The notes: generated from the sequence alone by a model not told the origin. A DNA stretch of 63,550 bases, filler included, from Welwitschia mirabilis (GCA_051453625.1; 5 parts of one record of this genome joined end to end with filler, not necessarily neighbours in it); one strand, 5' to 3'; shown: positions 14,701 to 28,525, numbered from the whole stretch's first letter. Translations and numbers: made by a program.

Positions 14701-16822
14701 TATAATAATATGATAGACCTAATTAAGCTTGAACAAAGTAAGTATAAACATTAAAAGATTAAGAGGATGATGAAGAAGGGGAAGATAAGATACGATTTTC
14801 ACCTACATGTTTCTATAAAGTTATGAAGATAGAATTTTTATTCTCCCAAGAGGAAAGATAGTTTATGAAGGCTATAATACTTTAATAATAAAATTTTTTC
14901 CAATGGCCTTAAATTAAGATGTAAATAAAACATGAGAATGGCATGTATAAATATAATAAGCTTTATTAAAGCCTCTCTCATAAAGACCTCAAAGTTCCTT
15001 TTGCAAGGAGATCCTTATCCATGTGATAAAGTATTTTTTTCTCTTTTCTATCTTCTCTTTTCTCTTTTTTTCATGACATATGTAACATTCTTGCATTAAG
15101 TAATAGTAAAATATATGTTTTCTTCTTTGAGTGGTATGTCTTTATGTGATATTTTCTAATTTTCTAACTTTCTAACCTAATTTAACCACTGGGAAAAATA
15201 TCTAAATTATTTGGAATGGAATAAAATTAAAACTATATTTTTAAAAAATTATTGGAAATATTTTAAATTGTGTATAAACATGTATTCTTTTCACTTAGAA
15301 TATTTTTAAGATTAAAAATATTTCAGAGGGGTATAATATCTTCATGATAAATTTGAATTCTAACCTTGTAATTTTTTTGGATTCAAGTTGAGCTTGTTGA
15401 TATATGACTACTGAAAATGAATTCTTTCTTAAATAATAAGCATAAATTCAATTATTAACATAGAATATAAATAAGATATAATAAATTTTTTATACATGAG
15501 ACAACCTTTATGACACTTGATTAGAGAAACTTTCTAAGAATCTAGTTGAACAAAGTAAAAACTCAATTTTTAAAATAAGGAGATCACATTGTAAGCCTTA
15601 ATAAAAATAAATGTGTACTTAACATGATAATTTAACTTAGAAAAATCAATTTAAGTATAAAAAGTTTCAAATTTTATCATAAATAAATCTTCTAGATTGA
15701 GTTACATATATAGTATAAGTACACAAATATCAAACCAATAGAATACTTAACATGAATTTATATGGAAACATTAATATTGCTCTATCAAACTGACAATTCA
15801 CATGATAAAATAATTATTTTTCTGAAGTGACATACAACTAATTTAGCATATATGACATAAAATAATTATGAAAAATTATATGTATAAAATCATGATTTTA
15901 CAAGATGTAAAAATGAAAATACAAGAAAATAAGAAGTAATATTTTATGAACATTAACAACATTCTAATGATCATTTACAATTCTTGTCAATAAGCATAAA
16001 AATTTAAATAGTTAATTTTTCTAAGTAATTTTCATATGTAAAAATAATTTTCCTTAAAAACTTAACTTATTTAATTGAATTAAAAGAAAAACTATCAAAT
16101 AAAAACTTACACTTTCTAATTGCCTAAATGGAAAACATGAAGTAGAAGATTAGTTGATTATACAAAACATGTATGCCTCATAATGATTTATTTCTCATAC
16201 AATTAAGATAAATTAAAAATGACAAAATGTAATATTATAATGAACAAAATTAATATGAAATGAAAATTGCGATGCACATGAAGATGTACATGAAACTTAA
16301 CTGAATAACCTTAAGTAAAGAAGATAACATTCCTAAGCTAATGGAATTTTTTATTAAAATTTTTATAAATTTTATATTTTTTCAATGGATCTTTATGTCA
16401 AATAAGTAAAGTGTTGGCTAAGTAGACTTATAAAATTCAAGAATCAGTGAGAAAATTCTAAGTACAACTATTAAATAAAATAAAACACAGAAAGTCTTCA
16501 ATTCCTACCTTAAATTTTATTCCAATTTCCTTTATATCATTAAGATTAACTCTATTTCAATCATTTGATATCACTAAGCACCTAGTATTATGACATTTTT
16601 CTTCTAATAAAGTTAATTATATTATTTGTAAAGAAATCAATATTGCATTACTAGTAAGCATTCATAGCCAGGATGTAATCAAACATGTTATAAGTAGATT
16701 ATTAGAGTTATATTATCAGTAAGCATCCATAGACATGATGTAGTTAACTAAACCTAGGGATATTAGTCAAATTTAAAATTTGATCTTGAGGAAGAGATAA
16801 ATATTTATTTCTTTTAAATCAT

Positions 16823-19800
16823 TGTTGCGATGCTAATTGATAGGAATTTGATGATGTATTTTGAGTGCTTTTGTAGGATATTTATAGAGGTTTAGATGTA
16901 ATTTTGATGATTATGGATAACTGATAGATTTTCACTAATACATGTAATTCTTAGTATATTTGGAGGCATCTTAGGCTTATTTTGACACTTCATACTTTGA
17001 AGGAAGGATTAACTATGTAGAATACTAATTTTCCTTTGAGCTAGAAGATGGAAAAGCCTGTTATCCCCTCTATCATCTCCATGATAGGTAGGATGATAGC
17101 ACTGTTAACATGGATGAAATTTATAAAGTTGACCATAGGGCTTGAAGCTGATGAACCACCTTTTGACATGGAGTAATTTCCTCATTATCATTCCCATGAC
17201 AATCAACATGATAGCTGTTTTGCATGAATGGAAAGAATTATCTTTGTAATGGGGTCATGCAACTTATGTAAGTTGCTAGGATCTCTTCTCCAACTTTTAG
17301 GGTTAAGCTTCTAGACCTTCAATGCAAAACTATAAATGCCCTTCCTTTTTTTCACTTCTATTTCCATATTTTGTATCAGATGTTCTTATAATAGAAGATT
17401 AAAGGACAATAAGTCCATCTAGTAGCTACAGAGAGAAGTTTAGCTTGGTGTTGGGCTAAGTATCCTCCAGTGAAGTGCTTCTACTTTGTTGTAAGTGGAT
17501 GCAAAAGTTGATGATTAATTTAATTACTCTTTTCACTATTATTATGTAAATGTCTCTTATGATTTAAATTGATTAGAGTTGGTAACAACTCTATAGTTTA
17601 TTTAGATCATAAGGGTAACTTTTATTAAGGTTCACTTTATTAGTCTAGATTTTGCATTGCATTTCCTTTATTCAATTTTATATTTACATTATTCATATTC
17701 TATTTGGCATATCTTATAGTTCATATTGGTTAGGAATAATTGATAAGCTATTCCTAATTAATCAAAATTATAAAGAACTAATTCTTGTAATAGGAGAATT
17801 GGGATCCAAATAGAAATCATCTTACTTGCATTTCATCCATTACATTTCACCATCATTCATGTTGCATTTTATTGGCATTATTATTTACTTTTATTTACTA
17901 AAATAGAAAATACTAAAATACTTTGTAAAATTAATTTTCTAACTTCTAGCTTAGTTCTTTCAATAGATTACGACATTTGGATTAACCTCCATCTATACTA
18001 GTATGTGTTTTCTACAAGTATTATGAATTATAGGTTTTTCTTAAGGACTTAAAGATTGCATAAATTCACACTGCTACATTGTGGAACTATCACTAAGGAA
18101 GGCCATAAGGAGCTAGAGGATTGTCACTATATTAGATAAGTACCTTGGATTTCAATTTCAATTATTTATTTGAAGTAGTATTGTATTTTTATTATAGTTT
18201 AGTATGTTTATTTTGATAATTTTTTTTTTCATAGTTTTAAAGATCACTATCATCCTCTTTGTCATTTCCATGACATTAGGAATGATAGTCCTAAATTTCT
18301 GAATATATTTTCTTTTTTTGCAAATTTTCTTTCTATCTATAAATTAGTAATAAAAATATTTTTGTCTTCTTTATCATCCCCATGAGAGGCTAGAAGATAG
18401 TCTGGATTTTTAGTAATAATAGTCTTTTTCTAATATTAGTTTTCTACTATTATGATCATCATCTCTCCTGTCATTCCTACAACTAGATGGATGACTGTTA
18501 GTTATTTTTATTTCACTTTTTATTTATTATTTAAGGTATGGAGGGACATGGTGAATTTTGGCAGAAAGACAAAATATCAAAAATAGGGAAACTTAATTGA
18601 AGAAAATATCAAAGAAGAATTATTTAATTATGAACAAAATTCAAGTACACACATTCCATATACACAAATTCTAAGAATTGAAAAATAATATTTTTTTTCG
18701 CTTTTATTATTTTAGAATTAGATTTTACAAAATAAAATTATAGCACAGAAGTAGATCGTGTCATTTCTTCTTCATCTATGTCAAAATCCTTGTAAAAATA
18801 AAAACAAGTCACTTCATCTAATATACTAATCATGATAGGAACTTTTACTTTAAATGAAAATGTTACTCTTATAGATTTAATTGCTAATAGAAAACATGAA
18901 ATTCAAAATCCTTTTGACTTACTTGCTAATTATGTTATATAATTAAGAAATTTTTTAGTGCTTATCCAACATTTTTGGGGGGGGCTAAGGAAGATCCTTT
19001 CCAACATCTAGCTGACATTGAACAACTTGTTCTTACCTTAGAAGATGAAAAGAAACACACTATTGATCATACTTACATGATTATTTTTCCAGTTATACTT
19101 AAAGAAAAGGTAAAACTTTAGTTTAAAACCATTCCACATAGGAGTCTTAAATTATGAAGTCAAGTGCAAGAAGTTTTTATTAAAAGATTTTTGAGTAAAA
19201 ATACCATGAGAAAAAGAAAGAAGGAAGTTACCAACTTTCAATAACAACCTCATGAGAATTATGCCATAACCTATGAATAATGTATTATAGCTATCCATTA
19301 CAACCTTATTGATGAATTTTGTAAAAAATAATTAGTCATTTATTTCTACAATTAATTGAATAGTCAAATTAAATAAATTATAGAAATTTCTTGTAGTGAC
19401 AACTTGATGAACATAGTCTTAGTAGATGCATGAAATGTATTGGAAAATCTAGTAGAGATAAGTCAAACTTGGCCAAAACCCACTAAGAAAAATCAAACTA
19501 TAGGCTAAATCATAAAATATTTAAAAGAAGTAAAACATAACAAAGAAGAAGAGAGAGGTGATTTAATCAATTTAATTAAGGATTTCACTAGCACTATGGA
19601 GAAGTACATGAACTCAATTGATAGTTGATGCATAGGTAGTTAAAGATAAAAGTACAAATTCAACATGTGATATTTATGAAGACAACTCTCATCCAACTAA
19701 AGAGTGTTTCTTACTTCCAAATTGTAAAAAGAGTATGTTTGAGGAGGTGTGTGCATTCAATCAAAAAACATCTAACTTTAAAAGTCAACCACAATTTCAA

Positions 19801-21856
19801 CAAAGATTGGGTGGACAATCACAATGGAAACCTTTTGAAAATATATTCATGAATTCAAGCTTCCAATCAGATAACCTCAATTTTTAACCAAACCAAAATG
19901 ATCCACTTAGAGATTATATAGAAAAATTAAAGAAGTGCAAGAAAAGACTAATATTAATATTAAAAACTTAGTGAATGTGCTTTAATAAACCATGCTTGCC
20001 AATCAAAAACCATAAGGGTCTCTTTCATCTTAACCTTTACCCAATCCAAATGAAGTCAAGAGAGTTTTAAAAGTAGTGATGAGAAGTGGAAATGATACAA
20101 CACCTCTTACCCATAAGGTTTCAATTCCAAAAATAATTAAAAAAATAATGAATAAGATGATGTTGAAATTTTAGACTCATATAATGTCCCATCAACATCA
20201 CATGCTAATGCCACTACTAAAAATTCTTCATAATAAAATAAATGAAAGAAACCATCGACTCCTTATATTAATAGGTTGAACATGAATCCTACCTATAATG
20301 AGAACTTGAAAACCTTGATGCAAGAGGCAATAATAAACTTACCATTTTGGAAACTCTTATAAGAAAATCCTAAATATTCTAAGTTATGGAAAGACCTAGC
20401 AAGAAGAAAATAAAAATATACCATTCTTAGCAAATTTTATTCTGCTCAATCTATTTTTAACTTGGTTATGAAAGATTATCCTAAATTCAAAGACCCTGGG
20501 GTAGAAACCATGAGTATCACTTTGGAAGAATATAAAAAAAATTCAAAAAGCTTTAATTGACATATGAGCTAGTATAAATGTCATGCCTCTTTACATATGT
20601 AAAAGAATTAGGTTGAAAAATAAAATAGAACCTATATGAATTATGTTAGAATTGGTTGATACTTCAATTAAGAAACCTTTAGGAATTATCAAAGACCTAG
20701 TCATTCAAATAGATAAAGATTTTTACCCCATAGATATAGTCATCATTGAGGTAGAACATGATAGAGGTTATCCACTACTCTTATAAAGATTCTTTTGTGC
20801 AACTGCTCATTGTATTATTGAAACATAGACCAAAATGATAAAATGTCATATAGACAATAAGATGTTCATCATTCAAGTTTTTGATGCTACTTAAAAAGAA
20901 ACAAGAGATGAGTTTAGCTTAGAAGAAGAACTTAAATCAAACTTATTTTTACAACATCACCTAATTGAGGAGATATTAATAATGCTACACAAACCAATTT
21001 TATACTATGACCTAATTAAAATACACTATCTTGAGCTTGAGAATGAGGAATACATCAACTAGGAGAAAATCTAACACATTTACTTACTATAAAACTTCTT
21101 AAAAGAGTGTCATTTCACATCTAGCATCCCCATGACAGATACAACAACAGTTAAAAATTCCACTCTAGAACTGAAGGAGTTATCCCAAGGTCTAAAATAT
21201 ATTTTTATATCCAACAATATAAATAAATATTTGATAATAAGTAACTTTATTAATTTTCAACAAGAATACTACTTGATCTTACTCTTAACTTCTAAAGAAG
21301 ATGCCTTTGCTTAGACCCATAATGACTTAGCTACCATCCTTTTTTTCATATTTCAACACAAAATTTACCTTGATAATAATGCTAAATCTGTTAGGTAACC
21401 CTAATACAAAGCTCAATTCAACCCTTAAGCACATAGTTAAAGATGAAATTATTAAACTTGTGAATGATAGGATCATTTATGCTTTATCCAATAGTGAGTG
21501 GATTAGCCCTTTGACAATAGTTCCAAAAAAGGATGGAAAATGGAGAATGTGCATTAATTTTAGAAAACTTAATGAGGTTACTAAAAAGGATCATTACTCT
21601 TTACCCTTTCTTAATAAAGTGCTTGATAGAATTCAAGGTTATGCCTACTATTATTTTCTTGATGGGTATAGTGGTTATAACCAAGTTTTCATAGCAAGTG
21701 AAGATCAAGCCAAAACAACCTTTACCTTATCCTTTAGAATCTTTGCCTTTTGATGAATGCCTTTTAGACTTTGCAATTCCCCTAGAACTTTCCAATGAGT
21801 AATGATGGGGATCTTTTTTGATATGATAGAAGATTCTATTAAAATCTTTATGGATG
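16823..21856 (+). mobile_element. Athila-like gypsy element Z: 5' LTR 16823-18078, PBS, UTR, gag (about 18830-20450), PR, RT cut by a gap
   Basis: LTR runs TGTTGCGATGC...CTACA. Gag motif EDPFQHL. RT ORF 21370-21753 contains WISPLTIVPKKDGKWRMCINFRKLN...FLDGYSGYNQ. Colinear with element Y. Confidence 0.9.
18082..18099 (+). promoter_or_regulatory. Degenerate tRNA-Asp-type PBS
   Basis: TGGAACTATCACTAAGGA lies 3 nt after the LTR end. It differs from TGGCGCCGTTGCCGGGGA mostly by G>A and C>T changes. Confidence 0.6.
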
Positions 21857-21956
21857 NNNNNNNNNNNNNNNNNNNNNNNNNNNNNNNNNNNNNNNNNNNN
21901 TTAATTAATTAANNNNNNNNNNNNNNNNNNNNNNNNNNNNNNNNNNNNNNNNNNNN
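21857..21956. other. Artificial contig-join spacer (44 N + TTAATTAATTAA + 44 N); also at 34177-34276, 49725-49824 and 55449-55548
   Basis: The identical 100-bp layout occurs four times, and the 12-mer has stop codons in all six frames. Confidence 0.95.
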
Positions 21957-22278
21957 ATAATGAATCATAATAAGTGTAAGTTTGTAGCTTGTAATAACTA
22001 ATAAGTAATGACAACTTCGAGTCTTTGACAAACATAGTGATTTGTTTCATTAATATCTAATATGGTGTATTTCAACACTTGTCTAATATTTCGAAATGCT
22101 CTATGCCTTGTTGAATACATAAAAATGTCTTTTTCTTTCAAAACATATATGAAAACCCAAACTCTTTTGGCCTTCTCGAGTTTCCGCCAAGTTTTACCGA
22201 GTTTACCGAGTTTGGCTAACGAGTCCGAGTCTAGGTAGCCAAACGAGTTTGGTGCCGAGTCCGAGTTCCACAACCATG
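21957..22278. mobile_element. Terminus of a hAT-type element with CCGAGTT subterminal repeats
   Basis: Clustered (C)CGAGTT/CCGAGTC repeats at about 22175-22268 end in CAACCATG. The other end is lost in a gap. A homologous decayed copy lies at about 53965-54187. Confidence 0.7.
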
Positions 22279-24890
22279 GGAAATTGTAGTCAAAGTTGAA
22301 AGCTACAAAAAAGATTGAGATAAAATTGGTTGCACGGTCATGCATGACAGTTGGAGTGATGCTAAAGGAAGGATTCTTGTTAACAGTTTGGATGCTAGTG
22401 GCATAAATACCAAATTTTTAAAACCATTGGTTCCACAATTTATGGGAGAAAACCCCAATATCTTTTGGATATTTTTGTTGATGTTATAAAGGAGATTAGA
22501 CATACCAAAGTTGTCCAACTTATCATAGATAATGCAATAGCATGTGTCAAAGCTGGAAAAGACATTAAAGACAAGTGTCCTCACATATGGTGGACACCAT
22601 GTGCAACTCATTGCATGGATCTACTATCGGTGGATATTGCCAAAATGCCATGGGTAATTTTTTTCTTTTTAACTAGCCATCTACCAAACATCGATGTTCT
22701 TGAAAAGTAAAATTTGTTTTTCAAATATATTCATTTTTATATGCAGGTGAAAAAAGTGGTGCAAAAGTGTGCTACAATAACAAAATTTATTTATGCCCAT
22801 TTCATTACTCGTGTATTATTTCTGAAGTTTAGCAAAGGAAGAGAAACTACAAGGCCAAGGAAAACAAGATTTGCTAGCAATTTTATAGCTCTCAGTAGCA
22901 TTCTTGAGATGAAGAATGCAATTGAACAAATGTTTGTTTCTGACAAGTGGCTAACAAAATCCAGTAAATCACAAAATGCTTTGATTGTGTGTTTGTTTTC
23001 AATTTTTCACACTTTATAGTGTTACCACTCATGCCTATATTCGTTGACTTGAAATATTGAATGCAGTGCAACCTCAATAACTGTAAAAGATTGTACAATT
23101 CCAATGAGCACAAGGAGGTGTATGACATTGTCTTTGATAATGTTGAATTCTTGTGCTCCATTGTTAACAAGGCTGTGCAGGTATATAACTAGAATCTAGA
23201 TTTTTTTCCCCGCACTTGTTTTCTTTTGCTTTTGATTCCAACATTGTTCATTAGTGGATCATCATCTAAATTCTGTCATTTTAATGTGTAAGTTTGTACT
23301 TCACTTGTTAAAGTTCTGTGTCTTGTTGAGAGTGATCACCTATCCACTACTTACCTTTATGAAGCCATGGAGAGGACAAAAGATAGTATCAAATCATATT
23401 AAAAGGATGATACAGCAAAGTACATGAAGATTTGGAGCATTGTAGATCAAAGATGGAATAAGATGCACAAGCCAATTTATGCAACTGCATGCTTATTGAA
23501 CACAACTTTGTATTATGAGCCAACCTGTAAAACAAACATGATAGGGAGGTCAAGGATGGATTCTTAAATATTGTTGCAAAGGAAGTAAGGCATGGTGACA
23601 CACAAATAGGATGATTTAAGAAGCATCAACATTATTGATAGATGGTACAGACTACAAGAATTATAGCAAGAAAGGTTCTGATGTCAAGTAACATTTACAA
23701 CATTTATTGTTTGGTGTTTGTAGTATTCAATTTGGTAGCAAAGTGCACTGAAGTTATCTGAATAAGTAATTTGCTTATGTAGTGTTTCTTGTATCCACTT
23801 CTTTTTAAATCTTTCTTGGGAGCATTTTGGTGGGAATTGCCTCATTTGAAGTGGCTTGCATGAAGAATCTTATCCCAATCATGTTCCACTTTTGCCTGTT
23901 AATGTAATTAAAGCATGTTTGGGCATACACAAGACAAAAAGAGGCACAATCATTCTACCAAAAGGCTTAATGATCTGGTATCTATCAAATGCAACAGTCT
24001 TTTTGAGAAGAGGAAGCTTAAAGGGAAATGTGTCAACATCAGTAGCCTGACAAAATAAGGCCCCTAAAGAAGGATGTAGAAGCACTTGGTAATGATACCA
24101 ATGAGGAGGATGTGGAAATGGAGAATAAGCACAAGCAAAAACAAGATAGGAATTACAAAGAGTTAATGATCAGATTGATGATAGATTCAAGAAATTTGCA
24201 TCAAATGAGGTACATCTTGTTCGCAATGCATCAGCTGAGATTTCAAGGGCTCTAAAGATGATCTTTTTTGTACATTGCAAACTTCAGATCTTGATCCAGT
24301 TGTAGAGCTTCTTCCTTAACCTTTCTAGATATCTCCTAAAGGAAAGAAGAAGCAAATTTAGTTTTTCGACTCCTTTATGATGAGCTTTGTCTCATGCTTT
24401 TTGTTGTAGCTGTAACATGTAAATCAAGGATGCTGGCACTATTGAATCCGTCATTTGAATGTACAAATGTCTTTTGAGTATTGTCATTAATGTAATGGTG
24501 CTTCTTGCATATTAAGATTGTATACATATGTCTTATACGTGTTTTCATGTGGTTATATTCAATTTGCACCCACATTTCGTTTAATTCACCACAAACATGT
24601 TTATAAAACTTAGTTTCGTACAATGTTTATGTGGCATGGTGACATACTAGACCAATGTCTTCAATCTGATGCTATTAAAATGTATTAAATTAACCTTGAT
24701 ACAATGAGAACATATTTGAATCATAAAGCAATCATGTTATGTTTTTTTGTCATGTTTTTATTTGACACTTGGACTCATTTGTGCAAACGAGTCAAATTTG
24801 AACAAATTGCTAAGTCAATGAGCCATTCACAAGTCACGAGTCATATTTGGCTTCCTCAATGACTTGTAAGTCACGAGTTGTGCAACCATG
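22279..24890 (+). mobile_element. Decayed hAT transposon: DUF659-type transposase with introns, dimerisation domain and terminus
   Basis: Motifs DSWSDAKGR, VVQLIIDNA, CPHIWWTPCATHCMDLL, TRPRKTRFASNF, LYEAME and RLNDLV. GT-AG intron at 22654-22746, with a second intron starting at 23181. Ends in CAACCATG at 24890 after GAGTC-type repeats. Confidence 0.88.
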
Positions 24891-24999
24891 CTTTTGCTTA
24901 ATTAGCTATTATTTTTTTTTTAAAATAAGCTTAGTGGTTTTAGCTAACAAGAAATTCATGGACTTAATTCTGTGATTTAAGTTTTAATATTTCTTATTT

Positions 25000-25380
25000 T
25001 TGTTAATGCATTTTACCATTACTTAAATAAGGTTACCCCCTTTTCATAGAAACACTATTAAACTTGTTTAGGAAGTTAATAAATACACTTACCTCTTTCT
25101 TTTGACTTAAGATCTTTTTATGGCCAGGAACATCACCACAGACATTTATGTATTTCATGGATGTCTTTTCTTATCAAATAACATTGTTTTTTAATTGAAA
25201 ATTCAATTTGATTTAACCAACACAATTGCATAACTTAGGAGATTGTTGGTCAAATGATATGGATTTTGATTAACCTTCATATTTCAACACTCCCACTTAA
25301 ACAAAGCCATTTCATTCTGATGTTTAATTTTGTGAAATGTCAAACTTGAAACTTTTTAGTGACCATATCTCTACAAAAAG
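25000..25380 (-). mobile_element. Copia 3' end relic (end of RNase H, PPT, start of LTR at 25289)
   Basis: Minus strand shows DMVTK-like codons, then AAGTGGGAG|TGTTGAAAT. The distal LTR boundary was not determined. Confidence 0.45.
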
Positions 25381-25759
25381 TACAGCCATCCACCATGATC
25401 ACTGAAACATGTGATTTAGTTATGCCTAAGGCTTCATAATATGCCAAGCAACCCATCCAAAGGTCCAAACCCAACCAAAGATGAGTAACCCACCAATTAT
25501 TTTTCTATCATATGTCCTTTTTTTTCATGTTTGATATTTAACCTATCTGAGAGTGTCAAACATACATGATTCATATTTCTCCCTAGTAATTAAGGTTGCC
25601 TTAGACATAGAATCGTTTCAAAACTCCCCATGAACAACAATAATATTTTAAATTATCTTTATTCTATTATTAACAGCTTCCTATCTTTTCCAATAGTTTT
25701 GCGATCCACAGAAAGGATTGTTGGTTTTAACTAGTGTCTGTCCCTCTAGACCCTAGTAT

Positions 25760-27050
25760 TGTTCAATATGGTGGGGCCCAACATACCACGGAGAATTAAA
25801 ATGAACAAGGTAAAAGAGCACAACTAAATATTTTAAATGTTATAATTAATAAATAAAATTTACAAATTGGATAATTCAACAAATAAAACCACTTAGGCAA
25901 TAATAAGGGTTTAGCCACTAGGGAAACTTCTTCTCGGCCACACAGGCCCTTACATCCACTTAGGATTTCGTCTTGGCTAAACAGGCTCTTACATCCACTT
26001 AGGATTTTGTCTTGGCCACACAAGTTCTTACATCCACTTAGGATTTCTTGTTATGGGGTCTTCTCCAAGTACTTCACATCACCTCACTCCATTTCACTTC
26101 ACTGCCTCATTTCACTACATCATTGTTTAAAATGATGGAATTAGTTCTCCTTATGAATGCTTGAAGTGGTGTGACATTTGGCAAGAGATGCAATATTTTA
26201 ATAAATTGCACCTTTTCAACACTTTAACAACTCCTCTTAATAATATACATTATTATGCATGAAACATGTATGTATAAACATACACCATTGAATTTGTGAT
26301 TATAAATGTCACTTGCAAGTTCCATCATTACTCCCCTTTGACATCATAATCACATAAAATATTCGCATTTTAGGTAACATGGGATTTAGACAAGTGAAAA
26401 CAAAAATATCAATTGATGCTTCACTTGGCCATAAATGTCAAAGTCAACTTTTTAACAACATTTTATCTTCAATTTTGATATCACCCTTCCTTTCATATTT
26501 TAGGGCACAGCATTCTCACAAACTCCTTGTACTTCACCTCTCCATCACCATGAATATCAACCTTCCAAATCACCGCATCAACTTCTTCCTGCAAGTTGGT
26601 CGTCACATGTTAGAGCTCTACAGTAGACATCTAGGTTTACAAAGAAATGTTTATAAAAAGTCCATGATATAGATTAGATGGAGTCTGTTGCAGGTATGTT
26701 AAATATGCAATGAATATTCATTCTTATGTTGATGACCTTGTTGTTAATCGCAATCTCTCTTCTATGTTTTGGCTTGTCTCTTTCTGCTTTTCCTCTAACA
26801 AAAGTGGTTGCAACTCACTGCCATTTGCTAGGCTATTAAATTCAATATATTTGGATGCTAGGGATGGATATCTTCTTTGGCACAAAGTCATAAGTCTCTT
26901 CACTAACTGTGAATAACAAATAAGGTCATACTTCACTCTCACATAGAAATGAGTCATCACTAAATAAAGCAACTACCATGAATAACAGATAATATCTAGG
27001 CTATGATCCTATCTCATTCTTGTCAAGTTTTCTTTTAAGTTCTGTGTCTT
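25760..27050 (-). mobile_element. LTR (about 25760-26327) with PPT and upstream internal relic, probably copia
   Basis: Minus strand reads GTCAAAGGGGAG-TAA-TGATGG, and the putative end is ...TTGAACA. Three 39-bp tandem units containing CTTACATCCACTTAGGATT lie at about 25930-26046. Confidence 0.55.
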
Positions 27051-27294
27051 AAATCCTCAATATACATCCACTGAATAAACCAACAAGATGATTCTCTCAT
27101 GTTACCCCCATTAGTCACTCAATCTCAATTAAATGCAGTCATTAATGTAATCAACTGTACTCCAAAAGCTGGAAGTTTGATGTTTGTAATGGTTTATACA
27201 AGGCCAATCATTGTTTGAGTATGTTCCTTGGCCCACTTGGACAAAACTAGGATCACTTAATCCGTAAAAGTCAAGGTGTCACACAAGTCGCCAA

Positions 27295-27460
27295 GAACCC
27301 AGCTTTCCATGTAAGGACAAACCCTATTGAAATGCCATTTCATCAAGGAAACCTTGGAGATAGATTACTATATATTGAATAAGTTGGCATGAAAGATAAT
27401 TTTGTAGATATGCCCATCGAAGTTGTTTCTATGTAGAAATTGTTGCTTGGTTTTAAATAA
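27295..27460 (+). mobile_element. Copia RNase H C-terminal fragment
   Basis: PAFHVRTNPIE...FIKE...NFVDM, a decayed form of HxRTKHID...HFIRE...NxADM. Confidence 0.55.
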
Positions 27461-28075
27461 AATGCATTGCACCTCACATTACCAGGGCATCTGGGGAATG
27501 TAACACATCTCTAGAGTTTATTCCAATGGAGACTATTGGATTTGCATTTACAAGAGAGCATTGATATGTGAAGCAGAATGTTCTTCATTCTTTCTTATTT
27601 TTTCCTGGTTCTAGTTAAAAGGCACCTTTATTAAAGCTGCATTATGGAATATTGAAGTCAGCTGTAACTAAAATATAAATTTCTTTTTTGCATAGCATTA
27701 TAACTAGCAATTGTAATTTTTCCTAAATTATTTAATTAAGCGTGACACTTAGGAGTTGTGATCAAGTTTCATCAAGTTTCAAGAACATGCATGCATGAAG
27801 ACTTTACTAATTAGAATTTATGTGTCAAAAAGCCTGTTATCTTGTGCAGTTGTTCTTTGAGGTTTCAAACTTAAAATTAAGGTTTTGTTTTGCCAACGGT
27901 TGGAGTTTCTGGTCATGCATAACATGTTAGTGTGACAGCGAACTTGCTTGTTCGAAAGCCTTTTAGCTTGGCAAGTAAAATTGCTTGAATAGATACTTTT
28001 CAGGCTGTCTTGGGGATGTTTTCTATTGTTGATCATCAATGCTTATTTTGCATTACAGAGATTAGTAAAAGAACT

Positions 28076-28300
28076 CTCTGTTGTGATTTCACATTGGATA
28101 TAGGCTATAAAGTGGCTGGACCACAGTGAATCATGTATCATCTTGTTTTTCTCTGTTGTGATTTCCCATTGGATATATGCTATAAAGCGGCTGGACCAGG
28201 CTGAATTGTGTGGCACCTTGTTTTTCTATGTTGTGATTCCCCATTGGATATAGGCTATAAAGTGGCTGGACCAGACTGAATCATGTATCATCTTGTTTTT
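28076..28300. repeat. Tandem repeat, 3 x 75 bp
   Basis: Units start at 28076, 28151 and 28226 (CTCTGTTGTGATTTC...TCTTGTTTTT) with a few substitutions. Confidence 0.95.
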
Positions 28301-28525
28301 TCTTTCTTCCTTTTAAAATTTTTCAATTTACAAACTAACCTAGGAATTTCTTCACAAATGAGAATAAATTCATGGCATTCATTGACATGACTTTAAATTA
28401 TGGTAGCACTCTTTTAACATAAATGAAAATCTAGTTGGCACTACAATATATTATAACATATCTCAAAACAAACAAGATAAATTAAAGCATGCATTTTGTA
28501 CTATGCTACATGTTGGTTATCATAC

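Noticed and set aside
21901-21912. TTAATTAATTAA palindrome recurring four times
   Set aside because: It is always centred in an exact 100-bp N block, so it is an artificial linker.
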